Position numbers and translations under genes: made by a program. Below are positions 20,668 to 33,205 of a stretch of 64,000 bases of DNA, piece by piece. Position 1 is the first letter of the stretch. Every line of letters begins with the position of its first letter. Below the pieces are notes generated by a model that saw nothing but the letters and a program-made list of their open reading frames with translations, did no database searches and was not told where the DNA came from. The stretch is from Rebecca billardiae RCC1528 (lineage: Eukaryota; Protista; Haptophyta): assembly GCA_965240325.2 (NCBI GenBank), contig OZ251236.1, positions 1,860,001 to 1,924,000 of the forward strand, read 5' to 3'.

Positions 20668-23600
20668 TCACCAGCGCGGCGAGACGCACGTGCCCTCGAG
20701 CATGGTGTGGATGACACCCTGCACCGCGCTCGCCAGCGAGTCGGCAGAGAGGAATCGCTTCACGTGCTTCTTCATGTGCGTCACCTGCCTCAGCCAGCGC
20801 TTCTTGTCCATGTACAGGACGCGCGCGCGCGCCGCAAACTCGCTGGGGCTGTCGGCGATGTGGAACGCTTCTTTGGTGCTGTTGCGCGAGGCGCCCACGC
20901 AGCCGTGCGACGTCGGGATCAGGTGCTGCAAGGCGAGAAGGGTCTTCGTCGATATGCCGCTGCCGCCTATCAGGGTGGGCAAGAGCAGCACGCGCGCCTG
21001 CTTCAGGTACTCCTCGAGGTCGTCGACCACGCCTGCCGTCTTCACCGCCGGGTGCCCTTGCGCAAAGTCCTTCCAGATGTCCGCGCCCACCAGGTGGAGC
21101 TGCGCGTACGGCATTTTGCGGTGCACGCGCGGCCACACCTTGTCGAGCAGCCAGCGCACGGCGCGCTGGTTGCCAGAGTGGTGCGAGCCGACGTACAGGA
21201 ACGACTTGCGCCCCCACAGCCGCGGCCGCTTGCTCGCCATGCCCGACACGATCATCGGCACGTGCCGCACGCACTGCTGCGCCACGCGCGCGTTGCGGAG
21301 GAAGGGCAGCATGCTCCGGGCAGCATGGCCTGCCGGTCCTCCGCCGTCACGGCGATGATGGCGTCCGCGCGCGCGTAGTCGGCTAGCTCGCGCTCCCTGA
21401 TGGACGCGTTGCGCAGCTTGCACCCCTGCGCCACGAGCTGCTGCTGCTGCGCGCGCACGTGGTGCAGGTCGTCGCTCAGCACCACCAGCCGGCCATGCGC
21501 CGCGCTGCTGAGCTTGAGGTGCGCGAGCTCGGGCGCGCTCGGCGCGCCGCACTGCCAGTAATCACCAGGTCAAAGCTGCCGAGCGTGTGCAGGCGGTCGA
21601 ATTGGACGTCGCCAACAATCACGCGCACGCCCAGCTGGCGCGTCGACCGGACCCACTGCGGCGGCGCGTGCAGCACGCCGGGCAGGACGCGTCATCATCC
21701 CTCGGCACGCCGGAGCGAGGCACAGGCAGTGACGCATAGATAGGCGCTCGCGCATCCTGCGCGGCGGCGGCCCGCAAGACATGCCGCGCGCGCGCTCGCT
21801 CGGCGTGGCGCGTCGCCTCACCTTGGCCATCCCTGGCGCCCACGCGGGGTCTCGAGCCACGTAGGTGAGCCGGTGCCCCGAGGCGATCAGCTCGTCGATC
21901 AGCTGCTGCAGCCGCACGTGGCTGCCCTCGATGCCGGCGAGGGGGGTCTCGTTCAGCAGCAGCACCTCCAGGCCGATGTACTTGCGGTACTGCTGGAGAG
22001 TCCGGGTGGATGCCTCGACGATCGCGCCCTCGGTCATCGCCGCGGGCAGCTGGGGCCGCGCTCCGCGCGCGGGTGAGCTGCTGAGCCTTGGCAGGGCGCC
22101 TGGCTGGGCCGCCCCGCCGACGGCCGCCACGGCGCCGAGCGGCGGTGCCTGGGCTGAGGCGAGCGCCGTCGCCGCTGCGCCCATCGCCCAGCCGTCCGTG
22201 TCCGCGTGCAGCATGCGCAGCGTCTGCAGCGGCATGTCCAGGTGGCAGACAGCATGGCCCCGCACCGACACGCGCAGCCACAGCTCCCAGTCCGCGATCG
22301 CCGCCATCTCCGGCCGCTCGTCGAACTGGCCGACCGCGTCGATCAGCGAGCGGCGCCACGCGATCGAGCGCAGCGGGAGCCTCGCGCGGCCGACGATCCG
22401 CCGCCGGTCGTCCGCAGCCTCGTTCGCCGCGGGGCTCGCCGTCAGGTGGAAGAAGTGGCGCGGCCGCAGGCTGGGCGGCAGCTTGCCATGGGGCCGCCAC
22501 TCGGCGGCGCCCAGCGCTCGCACGCTCGCGAACGGCAGCACGGCGTCTTGCGCGTGCACATTGGCCTCGGCCGCCGGCGCCGCGGAAGCGTCGTCGACAC
22601 TGCTGCCAGTGTGCGCCAGAGAGGCCACTGCGCCGCTGCGCTCGACGAGGACGGCGGAGGTGAGCGCGGCGCACAGCGGCCGCGCCATCAGCCCTTCCAG
22701 CCTCGCGCTCAGCGCGTCGTGGGCGAGGCGCTCGTCAAGGCGGAGCGCTGTGATCACGTCGGCCGAGGCGAGCCGCCAGCCGGCGTTGAGCATGGCGTGG
22801 ACCCGCGTGCTCGCGCGCAGCCGGTGGTGCCGGTACACGGCCCCCAGCCCGCCCTCCGCGTCGAGGTACCGCACGGGCCCTCCCCAACTCCCCGCCTCGA
22901 GGTACCGCGCGTCATCAGGCGCGCACAGCCGGCGCAGCAGCCACGGCTCGTCCTCGAGCGGGCGCGTGGAGAGGAGGAGCACCTCGACGACCTCCATGCC
23001 GCGCTGCTGGTGCAGCTCGACCAGGAAGGAGGAGACAGCGCTCTCGCGCTCGGTCAGGTTCGTGTGCTCGCCACCCGTCGCGGGCGAGACCAGCGGCACG
23101 AGCAGCGTGATCGACGGCGGCATGGCGCCGCGGCTGTGGCGTCGATGCTGTGCATCTGGATGGCCCGGCCAAGCTGCGGCTTCCCCGCCCTCGGGCTGCG
23201 CTGCGCGCGGGCTGCAGTACGACCATGATGATGACGACGACGCGCTCGACGCCGTCGGCACGCGGCAGAGCTGCACGGTCAGCTCGAGCGGCGAGGGGTC
23301 GAGCTCGGAAGGCGCGAAGCACGACTCGGCCGAGGCCTCCACGAAGCACAACAGGTGCGAGCACAGCGAGAGCAGCGCCCGCCGCTCGCGCGCGCGAGAC
23401 GGCCGCTGATGCAGCTCGAGCCGCTCCGCGTTCACCACGTCGATCGTGCACCGCCCTGCCTCCGTGTGCGAGAGCGAGATGTGCACCTCGGCAGGCTGGC
23501 CGGGCTCGATGCGCCGCACGATCCGAAGCCCCTCCATCGCGAGCAGCCGCAGCTCCTCCGCCTCCCTGCTCGCGGCGGGTGTCATGCCCAGCCCAGCAGG

Positions 23601-23984
23601 GTGTGACTTGGGCCCAGCAGCATCGCCGCTGTGTGCTGCGGGATGCCTCTCGCGAACTGATGGGCGGATCGGGCCGCCGCTGCCGCCGCTACCGCCGCTG
23701 CGAACGCTGCCGACTCGCGTTGCGCCCTGCCCAGGCGGAGCACCGCTGGCGGGGAGTGCCGCCACGGCCGAGGATGTCGGCCGCAACACAGAGCTGTGCC
23801 CGCCGTCTGAGCGGCGATCGTCGTTGCTGCCGCGTGCCTGTCCTGCGCGCGCGGTGAGTTTGCTTGTCGCCTTGCGCTCGTCCGACGAGTGGAGACGCCC
23901 GAAGAAGAGGATATATATACATACCAGCGCGCCGGTCGCGAGCGCCACCAAGAGGTAGCGCCCCGCGCGGCGCGTCGTCGACAT
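20668..23984 (-). pseudogene. Type II membrane GT2-like plus GT4-like glycosyltransferase fusion with two apparent frameshifts (pseudogene or assembly errors); intron 21656-21821
   Basis: N-terminal TM; GT-A-like LNAGWRLASADVI...WRRSLIDAVGQFDE...ADWELWLR; GT-B-like GSHVRL...GHRLTYV, FLYVGS, GVVDDL, GSGISTK. The C-terminal half is split over three frames, at ~21555 and 21304-21327. Confidence 0.65.
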
Positions 23985-24850
23985 CGATCAGCCCCACATC
24001 GCCATCATCATCAAGCAGAGGAAATACGATACGGGTCCCCGGGATCAGATTCGAGGCGGAATAACTTTCGCGTCAACTTTATTCGTCGTCAACTAATAAC
24101 TACGACTACTACTACTGCTACTAATACCACAGAACTTCACACCAGGTACGTTGTCTACAACGCGTACCCGCCTGGACCTCGTCTGAATCGGGCATATGCG
24201 ATTTCGAGTCGCGTCGCATTTTTTTGATATTTTTCCCGCGGCCAGCGGAGTAACGGCGGGCGGTTGACTATGATGATGATGATGACTGATGGAGTGAGCG
24301 CGCACGCGGCGCACGGGGACGGCTTGGACCAGCTGCTATCCGATACCAGCGGCTGAGACTGCTGCCATTAGACTGCCGCATCCGGCCCCAGTGGCAGTGC
24401 TCCCTTGACGGGCCTTACTAGCTGCCCTCGGCCTCGACCGTCCGGCCCGCCGCTGCGCAGCTGGCCCGTGGATCACACTCACTACCGTAGCCTACCGAAA
24501 CTCCGGGTCAGCGGGCGGTGCTCTGATCAGAGTCTGCTCACCACCCGAGCGTCCGACTTGTCGACAATATTGGGGCACTGCTGCCGACGAATCAAGAGAC
24601 TTGCGTAGTCATACGTACCTCATCACTGCTACCTTCCCTGTGTCTTTCAGTCAGTCTGACCCGAGCACTGAGCAAGCGCAGTGGTTCCCGACCCGGACGG
24701 GCGCCGCGCCGATGCGACATTGTTCGTCAAGTTCCGCCGCGAAGCGCAAAAGCGACAACCGAGAAATCAGCGCGCCTGGGCCTGGCCGCCCTGGCGGCCT
24801 GGCCGCCCTGGCGTGCCGAGATCGGTCGAACGCCGGCGTCGGCCGCCATC

Positions 24851-26251
24851 ATGCCGAGCATGATCGTGCGCGTCGCGATTGGGATCCTCTCCTTCTTCCC
24901 GCTATCGCTCGCCTTCCGCGCCATCCCGCGCGGCAGCGTCGCCAAGCACGTCTTCTCCGCGGCCATGGGCTCGCTCGCCGTGCTCGTCTGCACGTCGGCG
25001 CAGCACTTTGCGCACATGTCCGTGATCACGCTCGCCTCGTACGCGCTCATGCAGCTCGCGCCCCGGCGGCACGCGGGCTGGGCCGTGCTGCTCTACGCGT
25101 TCGCGCACGTCTTCGTCGTCCACCTCGCGCGCGACGGCGCGCTGCCGTACCTGCTCGACGCCGAGCTGCACGCGCCGCTGCTGGGCGCGCTGAACGTGCG
25201 CCAGTTCCAGGTGCTCGTGATGGGCGCGACGCTCAAGGCGGGCGGGTTCGCGCTGAGCTGGGCGGACGGCGCGCGGCCCGCGGGCGCGCTGAGCAGGCTG
25301 CACGCCTCGCAGCGCCTCGGCCGCATGCCCAGCCTCCTCCGGTACTGGGGCTACATGTTCTTCTTCCCTTCCGTGTTTGGGCACCCCACCTTCTACTCGT
25401 ACGCCGAGTACGAGCACGCCGCGGGGGACGAGCGCCCGCTGTGCGCCGCGGCGGTCACGCCGGTGCCGCCGCTCCCGCCGCTGGACTGGCGCACCATCGC
25501 GCAGCGGCTGTGCGAGGGCCTCGGCTTCGGCGCCATCCACGCGCTCGCGCCGCGCTTCACGGCCGAGTGCTCGGCGGGTGTGTACGCGCCGCTGCCGTGC
25601 TACTGCGCGTCCGTGCTCTCGCTGTCCAAGTTCTACGCGTTCTGGCGCGTGAGCGACGGGCCGATCGTGATCGCCGGGCTGCTGCCCTCGGCGCAGCTCG
25701 CCGGCGCCGAGCACTTCACGCGCGTGCGCCACACGCTCCTCGCGCCCGACTTTGCGTTTGCCGTGCGCATGTGGAACCTGCCGGTCGCGCGCTTCCTCAA
25801 GGTGCACGTGTTCGCGCGCTCGCCGCGCGCGCTCTCGGCCTCGCTCACGTTCGCCTTCTCGTCGCTGTGGCACGGCGTGGCGCCGGGGTACTTCCTGGCC
25901 GCATCGACCGCGCTGCTCTTCCTGTCGGTCACGAGCGCCCTGCAGCCGCTCGGCGCGGTGCTCGCGCCGCCGTCCGCGCCCGCGCTGCACGCGGCGTGGG
26001 GCGCCGCCGGCCGCGCGCTCTCGCACGGCGCGGCCGCCTTCCTCTTCCTGCCCATGATGACGCTCACGGGCGCGGAGACGCTCGCGATGCTGCGCGCGCT
26101 CAAGTTCGCGCCCTACTTCGTCGCCGGCGCCCTGCTGCTCGGGAGCGCGCTCGTGCCCGTGCCTGCCAGCGGCACGGCGGCCAAGCGTCACAGCCGGACG
26201 AAGGAGAATGGCAGCAGCAGCAGCAGCGGCGGCGGCGACCACTCGTCATGA
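24851..26251 (+). CDS. MBOAT family lysophospholipid acyltransferase-like
   Basis: Multiple TMs; PSLLRYWGYMFFFPSVFGHP, WNLPVARFLK, TFAFSSLWHGVAPGYFL with the catalytic His. Confidence 0.9.
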   Translation: MPSMIVRVAIGILSFFPLSLAFRAIPRGSVAKHVFSAAMGSLAVLVCTSAQHFAHMSVITLASYALMQLAPRRHAGWAVLLYAFAHVFVVHLARDGALPYLLDAELHAPLLGALNVRQFQVLVMGATLKAGGFALSWADGARPAGALSRLHASQRLGRMPSLLRYWGYMFFFPSVFGHPTFYSYAEYEHAAGDERPLCAAAVTPVPPLPPLDWRTIAQRLCEGLGFGAIHALAPRFTAECSAGVYAPLPCYCASVLSLSKFYAFWRVSDGPIVIAGLLPSAQLAGAEHFTRVRHTLLAPDFAFAVRMWNLPVARFLKVHVFARSPRALSASLTFAFSSLWHGVAPGYFLAASTALLFLSVTSALQPLGAVLAPPSAPALHAAWGAAGRALSHGAAAFLFLPMMTLTGAETLAMLRALKFAPYFVAGALLLGSALVPVPASGTAAKRHSRTKENGSSSSSGGGDHSS

Positions 26252-26401
26252 CGCGAGTCTTACTCAGAGGTAATACTAGGAGGCTTCAGCGGCAGCGCTG
26301 CGAGGCGCTGTGTCGACCGTCGTCATCTGACTAAGCAGACTCGCGGGCGGTCGATACTCCGTAGTCTCATCCCGGGGCCTGACGCCGCGGCCGCCGGCGT
26401 A

Positions 26402-28119
26402 GGGGGGCCAAAGTGGCACTGTAGCGTTACTGACGGCCACGAGCGCGGGTCCTAGGCCTAGCGAGTGTTTAGAGCTGATTTCGGGCTGGATCATTTGCCC
26501 TCTGGAGGGGTCTGGGCCGGCCATGTAAAAAAATCAGGTGCACATACCCTGAATATAGGGCGTAACGGCTAGCATATTTACTTATTAGAATGAGCCTGAA
26601 CTTATTGGAAACGGTATGTAACGGTCGTCCTATATGTGACATATAGACCATGTCGACCTCACTTTGATAGAGCATCTCAGCGAGATCGTTCTGAGTCCCC
26701 AGCAGCAGCAGGTCCCAACATGCGATATAGGCTGTGTACTGGCAGGCTGTCAAATATGTAGTTTCCTAGAAGCCACCGATCGTTACATACCCACTGTGTA
26801 TATAGGCGCCATGCTGATGAATACAGCCTCGTCTGATCTCGAGCTGCGAGATACGTTTTCAGACTGTGTATACGGCCACGCGTACGGCGTATTGCAGACA
26901 TAGTAGACCCAAAGCACCGGCCCCACGTCCTTAGCCCGGGAGTGCTCTCGGTCATAGTCAAGGTTTAAAGTGACTCGAGCCAACCGTCACCGCTCCCTGG
27001 CCGAGACCTACGAGGCAGGTCAAATCTGTCGTCGTCGCAGTGCGGCACAGTGCCGAGCATGCGATTCGGCAGCAAACGTCTGCTCCAGGCGGTGGCTGGC
27101 GTGTCTGCACCAAACCAGGCTGGATGGGATTGGTCCATATAGGTACGCACTACCCTGTTCCGCGCTATTTCTGGGCTTAGGGGCGGATATTCGGCCTACA
27201 GAGGCTGATCCGGCGCTGTTCGGCGCTCCTGGCTGGCTGCGCGGAGCCCAACGGCAAGCGCCGGCGTGTGCAAGGTGTCAAGATTGAGACGGTCTCTGAC
27301 GCTCCCGCCGGTCTTGGGCGCACCAGGGTGCATGAGGGCCCATCTGCATCTGCTTCTGCAGGCATGAGCGTCACAGGGGCGCGCTTGCAGGCACGGTCGA
27401 GTGCACGTCGGACCTGTCGAATGAGCCAACCGCTGCCTGCGAGCACGTCCGCGACGTCCTGAGAGGCGAATGGGAGGCGCCCAGACGCCATCAGAGGGCA
27501 CACGTGACCCATACCCAACGTACTGACCATCGCAAGTGCCACGGCAGGTGCAAACACGGGCCCTACAAGCGGAACATGACAGTTGCGAGCTCCGCGGAGG
27601 TGTTGCGCGCGAGCTCGCGCCGGTCTGCTGACGGCGATTCCGGCGCAGCAGGGCAGGTTAGGCGAGCTGGGCATCCACATACATACATGGGCACTTGGTG
27701 CGAGCATCGATCTCAACTGTGCGAGTTGATCATGAGCCACACCGTGCGGTAGCGTGACGGGCGCACGCAGCGCGCCAATTCAAGCCGGCCGACGCGCGCC
27801 GCGCACGGCGCGAGATGGCCAAGAAGCGGGTGGTGAGCCGCTGGTGGCGCAAAGGCACGGGTCAGTAGCGCCCACCAGCGTCACGCGCGCGCGCACCCGA
27901 GACCATCTCGGCGTCTCAAAGGTCGCGAGCGCGCGGCGGTCCACTGCCTCCGGCCGCTCGCGCTGGAGCGGAACCGAGCTCTGAGCGTCCGAAGGCGTGA
28001 AGCTCGATTTTCGAGCGGGGTCCGAGAAAAAGGCTCCGCGCCACCCTAAAAGGCCGAGGGCGGAGCGAAAATGCGACGCGACTTTGCTTTTCATTTTTAA
28101 ATGGGCGGTTTGGCCCCCC
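26402..28119. mobile_element. Putative non-autonomous DNA transposon, 11-bp TIR GGGGGGCCAAA, TA flanks
   Basis: ta|GGGGGGCCAAA at 26400-26412 and TTTGGCCCCCC|ta at 28109-28121 bracket a lower-GC block that has only short broken ORFs. Confidence 0.55.
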
Positions 28120-28991
28120 TAGCCCGGCGCGCGCGGGCCTCGCGTCGTATTAAATATATATATATATATATAATATTATAATATATATGTGATGGCGTTA
28201 TAGGGAACCTATAACTGAGTGTCTATGAGCGACGCCAAGAATCCGGCTCGCACGGCATTCCTGCGTTGTCCTGTGCGCACCGCCGCGCGCAGGAGTCCTG
28301 GTGCGCTGCCAATTAATCTCGGGCCCACAGCGGCGCACCTGCAGGACTCGGTTGGTTACCGCTCACATCGGATCGATCAGGCTTCTCTCTCGGGGGCGCC
28401 ATGGGGCTGCTCACGACGAAGGCGCCGAGCTGGGCAAGGGAATCGCCTGCATCGAGCACTGCCGGGTGCACTCTCCGCTGCAGGAGGTGCACCGCCGAGT
28501 CGCGCAGCCCCTCTGCTCGGTAAGGTCGCTGGCTGTCTGTGTGGCCCGGCTCCCCGCCTGATCGTTCGGCGGCGCGACGACATCATCTACTGTCTTCGCC
28601 GCGTCGCCCCTCATGCAATATGGTCTCCTGCTCTCGCCGCTGTCGCGTCAACCCGCACGCTTCATTCATCGTTTGCCCGCCCGCCCACCCTCGGCCTCTG
28701 GCGGATATGGAAGCACTGCAGTGTCAGCGAGCCATCAGCCTTAATCGACCTTGCTCAGTGACTGACGACTCGCGGGCGCCCTCTCGACCTCGGGCAGCAG
28801 CTCAACCGCCACGCCGCTGCCAGCGCCCGCTGTCGTTCGTTGCTCAAATCCCAACATAGCTAAGGCTGATCGTTCCATGATTGATCATTGTGGTCTGTCT
28901 ACTCCACGACGCCGCGCGCCGCGACCATCCAGCTCCAGAGTCCATTCGTACCCGACGCCTTGTACGTGAGCCGGGCATGGCGGAGTGGCTA

Positions 28992-29163
<172 letters not shown>

Positions 29164-29514
29164 GGCCCGCGGTGTAGGGCGGAGCGCGTAGCGTGGAGCC
29201 CCGCCGGGGGCCCTCACTACGTTGTCAAAAAGATCTTTTGATCAAAGAAAAGGGGACGGGGGACGATTTTGAGGGGTGTTGGAGGGTGAGTTTTCGCTTA
29301 TTTTTCGAGGGGTACGTTGGCCCATAGTGCTCTGCATTAGCAACTACGCGCTTGACGAAATAAGCGCGCCCACGCCATTCCGCATAAGTCGATGGACGGA
29401 CGTGGGATCAGATACCCCGGGGGTGAAACAAGTGAGTATTTTTGTCATTCTTGTATGCTGGAGTACGAGTTTGCCGAGCGACGTTTGATTGTTTCGAGTC
29501 AAAAATTGTTATGA

Positions 29515-29813
29515 GAAGGATCCCAGCAAAACCGTTTAATTGGAGCTACGGGAGCTACGACCTAATGGAGATCGCCGTAAACGCTATTATCTCGTTTGGT
29601 TTTGATTCTTGCCGAAGCAGAGATAACCGTGATCACTATCTATCTCCATTCGATCTTACGCGAAGGATCCCAGCAAAACCGTTAATTGGAGCTACGGGAG
29701 CTACGACCGCTAATGGAGATCGCCACGGGTAAACGCGATTATCTCGTGTAGTTCTGATTATTGCCAAAACAAAGATAACCGTAGTCGCTATCTATCTCCA
29801 TTCGATCTTACGC
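29515..29813. repeat. Tandem duplication, two units of ~150 bp (29515-29661, 29662-29813)
   Basis: Both units start GAAGGATCCCAGCAAAACCG and end TATCTATCTCCATTCGATCTTACGC. Confidence 0.92.
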
Positions 29814-29979
29814 GCCAACTACCTTATTTATGGGGTTACTCAGGCTATTTGATTTTGAAGCGGTTGCTCAGGACTGGTCAGCTCGCACCGCAGATCAGCG
29901 CGACGTGCCGCGTTGGCGGCGGAGGCGGCCGCCGCCGACGCCTCGCCCGGCGGCGGCGCGTGGCGTGGCACGCGGGTTC

Positions 29980-30250
29980 AGGCCAGGTGCCGCAGTGCAT
30001 CCAGGACCGCCGCCGCGTCAGGACGGCGAGCGCACGGGCCGTGCCCGCCGCCGGGGCGTGCGGCCGCCAGTCAAACTCGGCGCGAACCGCGGCAGTGAAG
30101 ATGATCAACACAGCGAAGAAGCAGGTGGTGATCGAGGCGCTGGGCCTAGTGGGCCTGAACATGATGCTGCGCATCTTCTTGGGCCTGCCCGACGCGCACC
30201 CCACGCAGACGTCGCTTCTGGGCGAGTGGCACTCGCGACCCGTGACTGTT
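29980..30250 (+). pseudogene. Possible decayed hAT transposase C-terminal (dimerisation) fragment
   Basis: SNSA...KMINTAKKQ...LGLVGLNMMLRIFLGLP loosely resembles hAT C-termini; it lies in a repeat-rich island. Weak. Confidence 0.3.
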
Positions 30251-30313
30251 CCCGGTCGACTCGCTCGCACTTCGCAGGCCGTGTTCACTCAAGCTGGTCT
30301 TCGTCTACTGTCC

Positions 30314-30520
30314 TCCGCGTCGCGACGATGGGCTCGACGGAGCCGCACAACCTGCAGCTGCTGCAAGATTCACGCACCCTGCGCGTGCGCTGCCCCGAGA
30401 CCGCGCCGCCGCCACCGCGCGTCTTCCGCGTCGCGACGATGGGCTGGCGACGGAGCCGCACAACTGCTGCAGCTGCTGCAAGATTTATTCACGCACCCTG
30501 CGCGTGCGCTGCCCCGAGAC
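30314..30520. repeat. Direct repeat, two copies of ~90-95 bp
   Basis: TCCGCGTCGCGACGATGGGCT...CACGCACCCTGCGCGTGCGCTGCCCCGAGAC at ~30314-30401 and ~30425-30520. Confidence 0.9.
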
Positions 30521-31099
30521 TACTCGAGGGACTGGTCGCAACCGCCTCCGGGGCTGGCCGTCACCCCGCTGGCGCCGGGCGGCCCCGGGTCGCGGGACTA
30601 CTGTAGCCGCGCAGCCATTCCGGAATCCGGTGGCGGGGCGTGCGGCCCCGGGCTGCCATCGGCATCGCCATCGGCATCGGGCATCGCCATCGGCCCCGGC
30701 CGAGTTGCCGAGGCAAGCCGACGGCGACGTGCCGCTGCGAGCCGGAGCCTTGACTCTTGACTCTTGAGGCTTGACGAGTGGCATGGCCCATGCGGCAGTA
30801 GTTAGTCGCCGGACTCGGGCCGTATCGCCATCGGCGATCCAGAGTCCTCGCTCGGCCCCCGGGCCGCAGCCCGGGCCCGGAGCCAGTGGGCGGGCAACTG
30901 AGTGAGCCGTAGCATGGCACTGCTCACAGGCGAACTGTTGGTTGGCACCGACGGTCAGACTATAATAATTAGATGACAGACAGCGTCTGTATGACGATAC
31001 ATACTGCTGGCTAGTATTCGGTTAGCAAGCCGACAGAGAGTCGGCACCGCGGGCCCCTAACTACGTTGGTTCTACGAAAGGACCGCGGAACGCGGTCAT

Positions 31100-31170
31100 A
31101 TGATGATGATGATGATGATATAGATGATGATGATGATGATGATGATCATGATCATGATCATGATTATTAT
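31100..31170. repeat. (GAT)n/(GATCAT)n microsatellite
   Basis: Directly visible. Confidence 0.92.
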
Positions 31171-31540
31171 TATAACTTATTTGAAGCCGCTGGCGCCGCT
31201 GCGGCTGGTCACTCGCCGCTCGCGGCTCGTCGGTCTGTGGGCGGCGTCCGCACGTCACGCCTCCGTCGACTGATTCGAACTCAGGTCACTCAGCCGCAGC
31301 GGACCCCGGGCCCCGGCCCGGGGGGCGCGAGACGGTCTGCCAGTCGGACGACGAGTGAGTCGAGACGAGTGACGAACGATATTATAATAATATATATATA
31401 ACAGTACGACTATAGATTAATAACAGAACGTCGTCAGTCCGCTCACACGGACAGACACACGGACCGGCGGCCGGCGCTGCCGTGAGTCGCGGACGAGTCA
31501 GAGTCCGGCGGACGACGTAGGCGGAGAGTACTATAGCGTC

Positions 31541-32900
31541 TTAACCCCTATTGTGGAACGGACCCCTATTGTGGAACGGCGCCAGTTTTTCCTATGTAGA
31601 GCTCGGATGTCGCGGAGGCGATGAGATCGGCGGCTACCGCCGTGTGCGCCTGGCCAAGGCGCGTCCAATGAGCCCAAGAACGTCGTCATAGCCCCGCCCC
31701 AGCGCCGTCCGCAGCCGATCGTTTGCTGGAGTCAGAGCTGAGAATCTGGTGTGAAAAAATGGTTTTCGGCTTCTGTAGGCCGAAGCTTCGGCCGGGAGGG
31801 CGCGCACGGTATTTTTGGGAGCTCCCCGAAAGCAGCCCGGGCAGGGAATCAAGCCGGCTTGCCGCTGCCGCACTCGTGGATGGAGCGCGAGTGACACGAA
31901 TTGGGTCAGGTCAGCATGGCTGATTCCTGGTTTGGAGGGTCGAGGACGCCCCGCCGCGGCGGGGGGCGGTGCGGCGGCGCGAGCTGACTGGTGGCGATGA
32001 TGAACGCGTAGCCGAAGGTGCCGGACCGTCAGGCGACGCCCAACCCCGCAAAGCAGCTTCATCGCCTGCCGACCGCGCGAGAGCCGCGCCGCACGAAGCG
32101 GCTGGGCGCGAGTGGACTACGACCCGCCGGATGCAGCCATCAGGGACTGTGTGTAGAGTGGGGAGCTGCGTGAGGGCACAGCTGTCGCCGACTTCGGCTC
32201 ATACGCCGTGACAACGGGCCACGCTCTGTCGGATGGTGAAGGACCCGACCAGCCCGTCGAGGCCGCTGGGGCTGAAGCCGCGGCTGAGCGGCTGTGACGG
32301 TCGAGCAGATGCACACCAACTGGGTCGCGGAGATAGCGCTACTCGGCTTCGCGCCGACCACGCGGCAGGTCTGCATCGATGCGGCGCTTCTCTTCCTGCG
32401 TAGCGGCGCGCCCTTCTCGACGCTCTCCAGCATGCCCTGGAAGCGGTGGTGTCGGCGGCGGCTCAGGCGCCACGCGAAGGCGAGCGAGCGTCGATGACGG
32501 ACACGCTCGTCGACCGCATCACTCATTGTGGAGAGGGTTCGCGCGGGCAAGACGTGCCCCCCGGCGGCTGCGGGGTCGAGGGCGGGTGCCCACACCACCA
32601 GCGCGCCGGCGAGCGCCAGTGGGCCGACTGCGAACGCTCAGGAGCCAGCAGTGGCACCGTCCTGAGCGAGGAACCAAAATCGTTCCACAATAGGGGTCAG
32701 TCGACCCGTCGACGCACCCCGCGGGCGCGCGCGCGCGCGCGCGCGCGCGCGGGCGAGTTCCGAGCTCCGCACCCTCAGAGGTGTATGGTCCCTTCGGTAG
32801 GACCCATGGCCAGTACCTGACACCTTAAGATCGCTCGCCGAGCCGCACTACCTCGCCCTAGGGGCGGAAAACCCGAAAATCGTTCCACAATAGGGGTTAA
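31541..32900. mobile_element. piggyBac-like non-autonomous element (TTAA TSD, CCCC termini, subterminal inverted repeats)
   Basis: TTAA|CCCCTATTGTGGAACG at 31541-31560 and CGTTCCACAATAGGGG|TTAA at 32881-32900; a second pair at 31561-31578 and 32681-32698; no intact transposase. Confidence 0.85.
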
Positions 32901-33205
32901 GACGTTAGCGGCGGTATCTGACGACGCGACTACTGCGGCCGGCCCGGAGCAGTATAGGCGCCTGGACCGAGGCTGCGGCATCACGACTGCTCACACTTCA
33001 CAGCAGGGACTGGCGGCGACGGATGACCGTGTCCGTTGCATGGCACGACTGAGTAGCAGCAGCAGTCGTCGCATTGCTGAGCACATGCAGACCCCGCCCC
33101 GGGAACCGCGCCGGCCGCCAAGCTGACATCTCGCAGCGATTGGTCGGCGAGAAGCGCTGCCCGCCAGGAGGGCCCGCGCTGCCACGCGCCAGCGCTGCCA
33201 CGCGG

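Noticed and set aside
29215-29235. CACTA-type terminus CACTACGTTGTC
   Set aside because: No matching inverted end found nearby.
29515-30520. CRISPR-like array
   Set aside because: Only two long copies each, no repeat-spacer pattern, eukaryotic context, no cas genes.
32140-32598. Transposase fragment within the piggyBac-like element
   Set aside because: No recognisable DDD or Cys-rich motif spacing.
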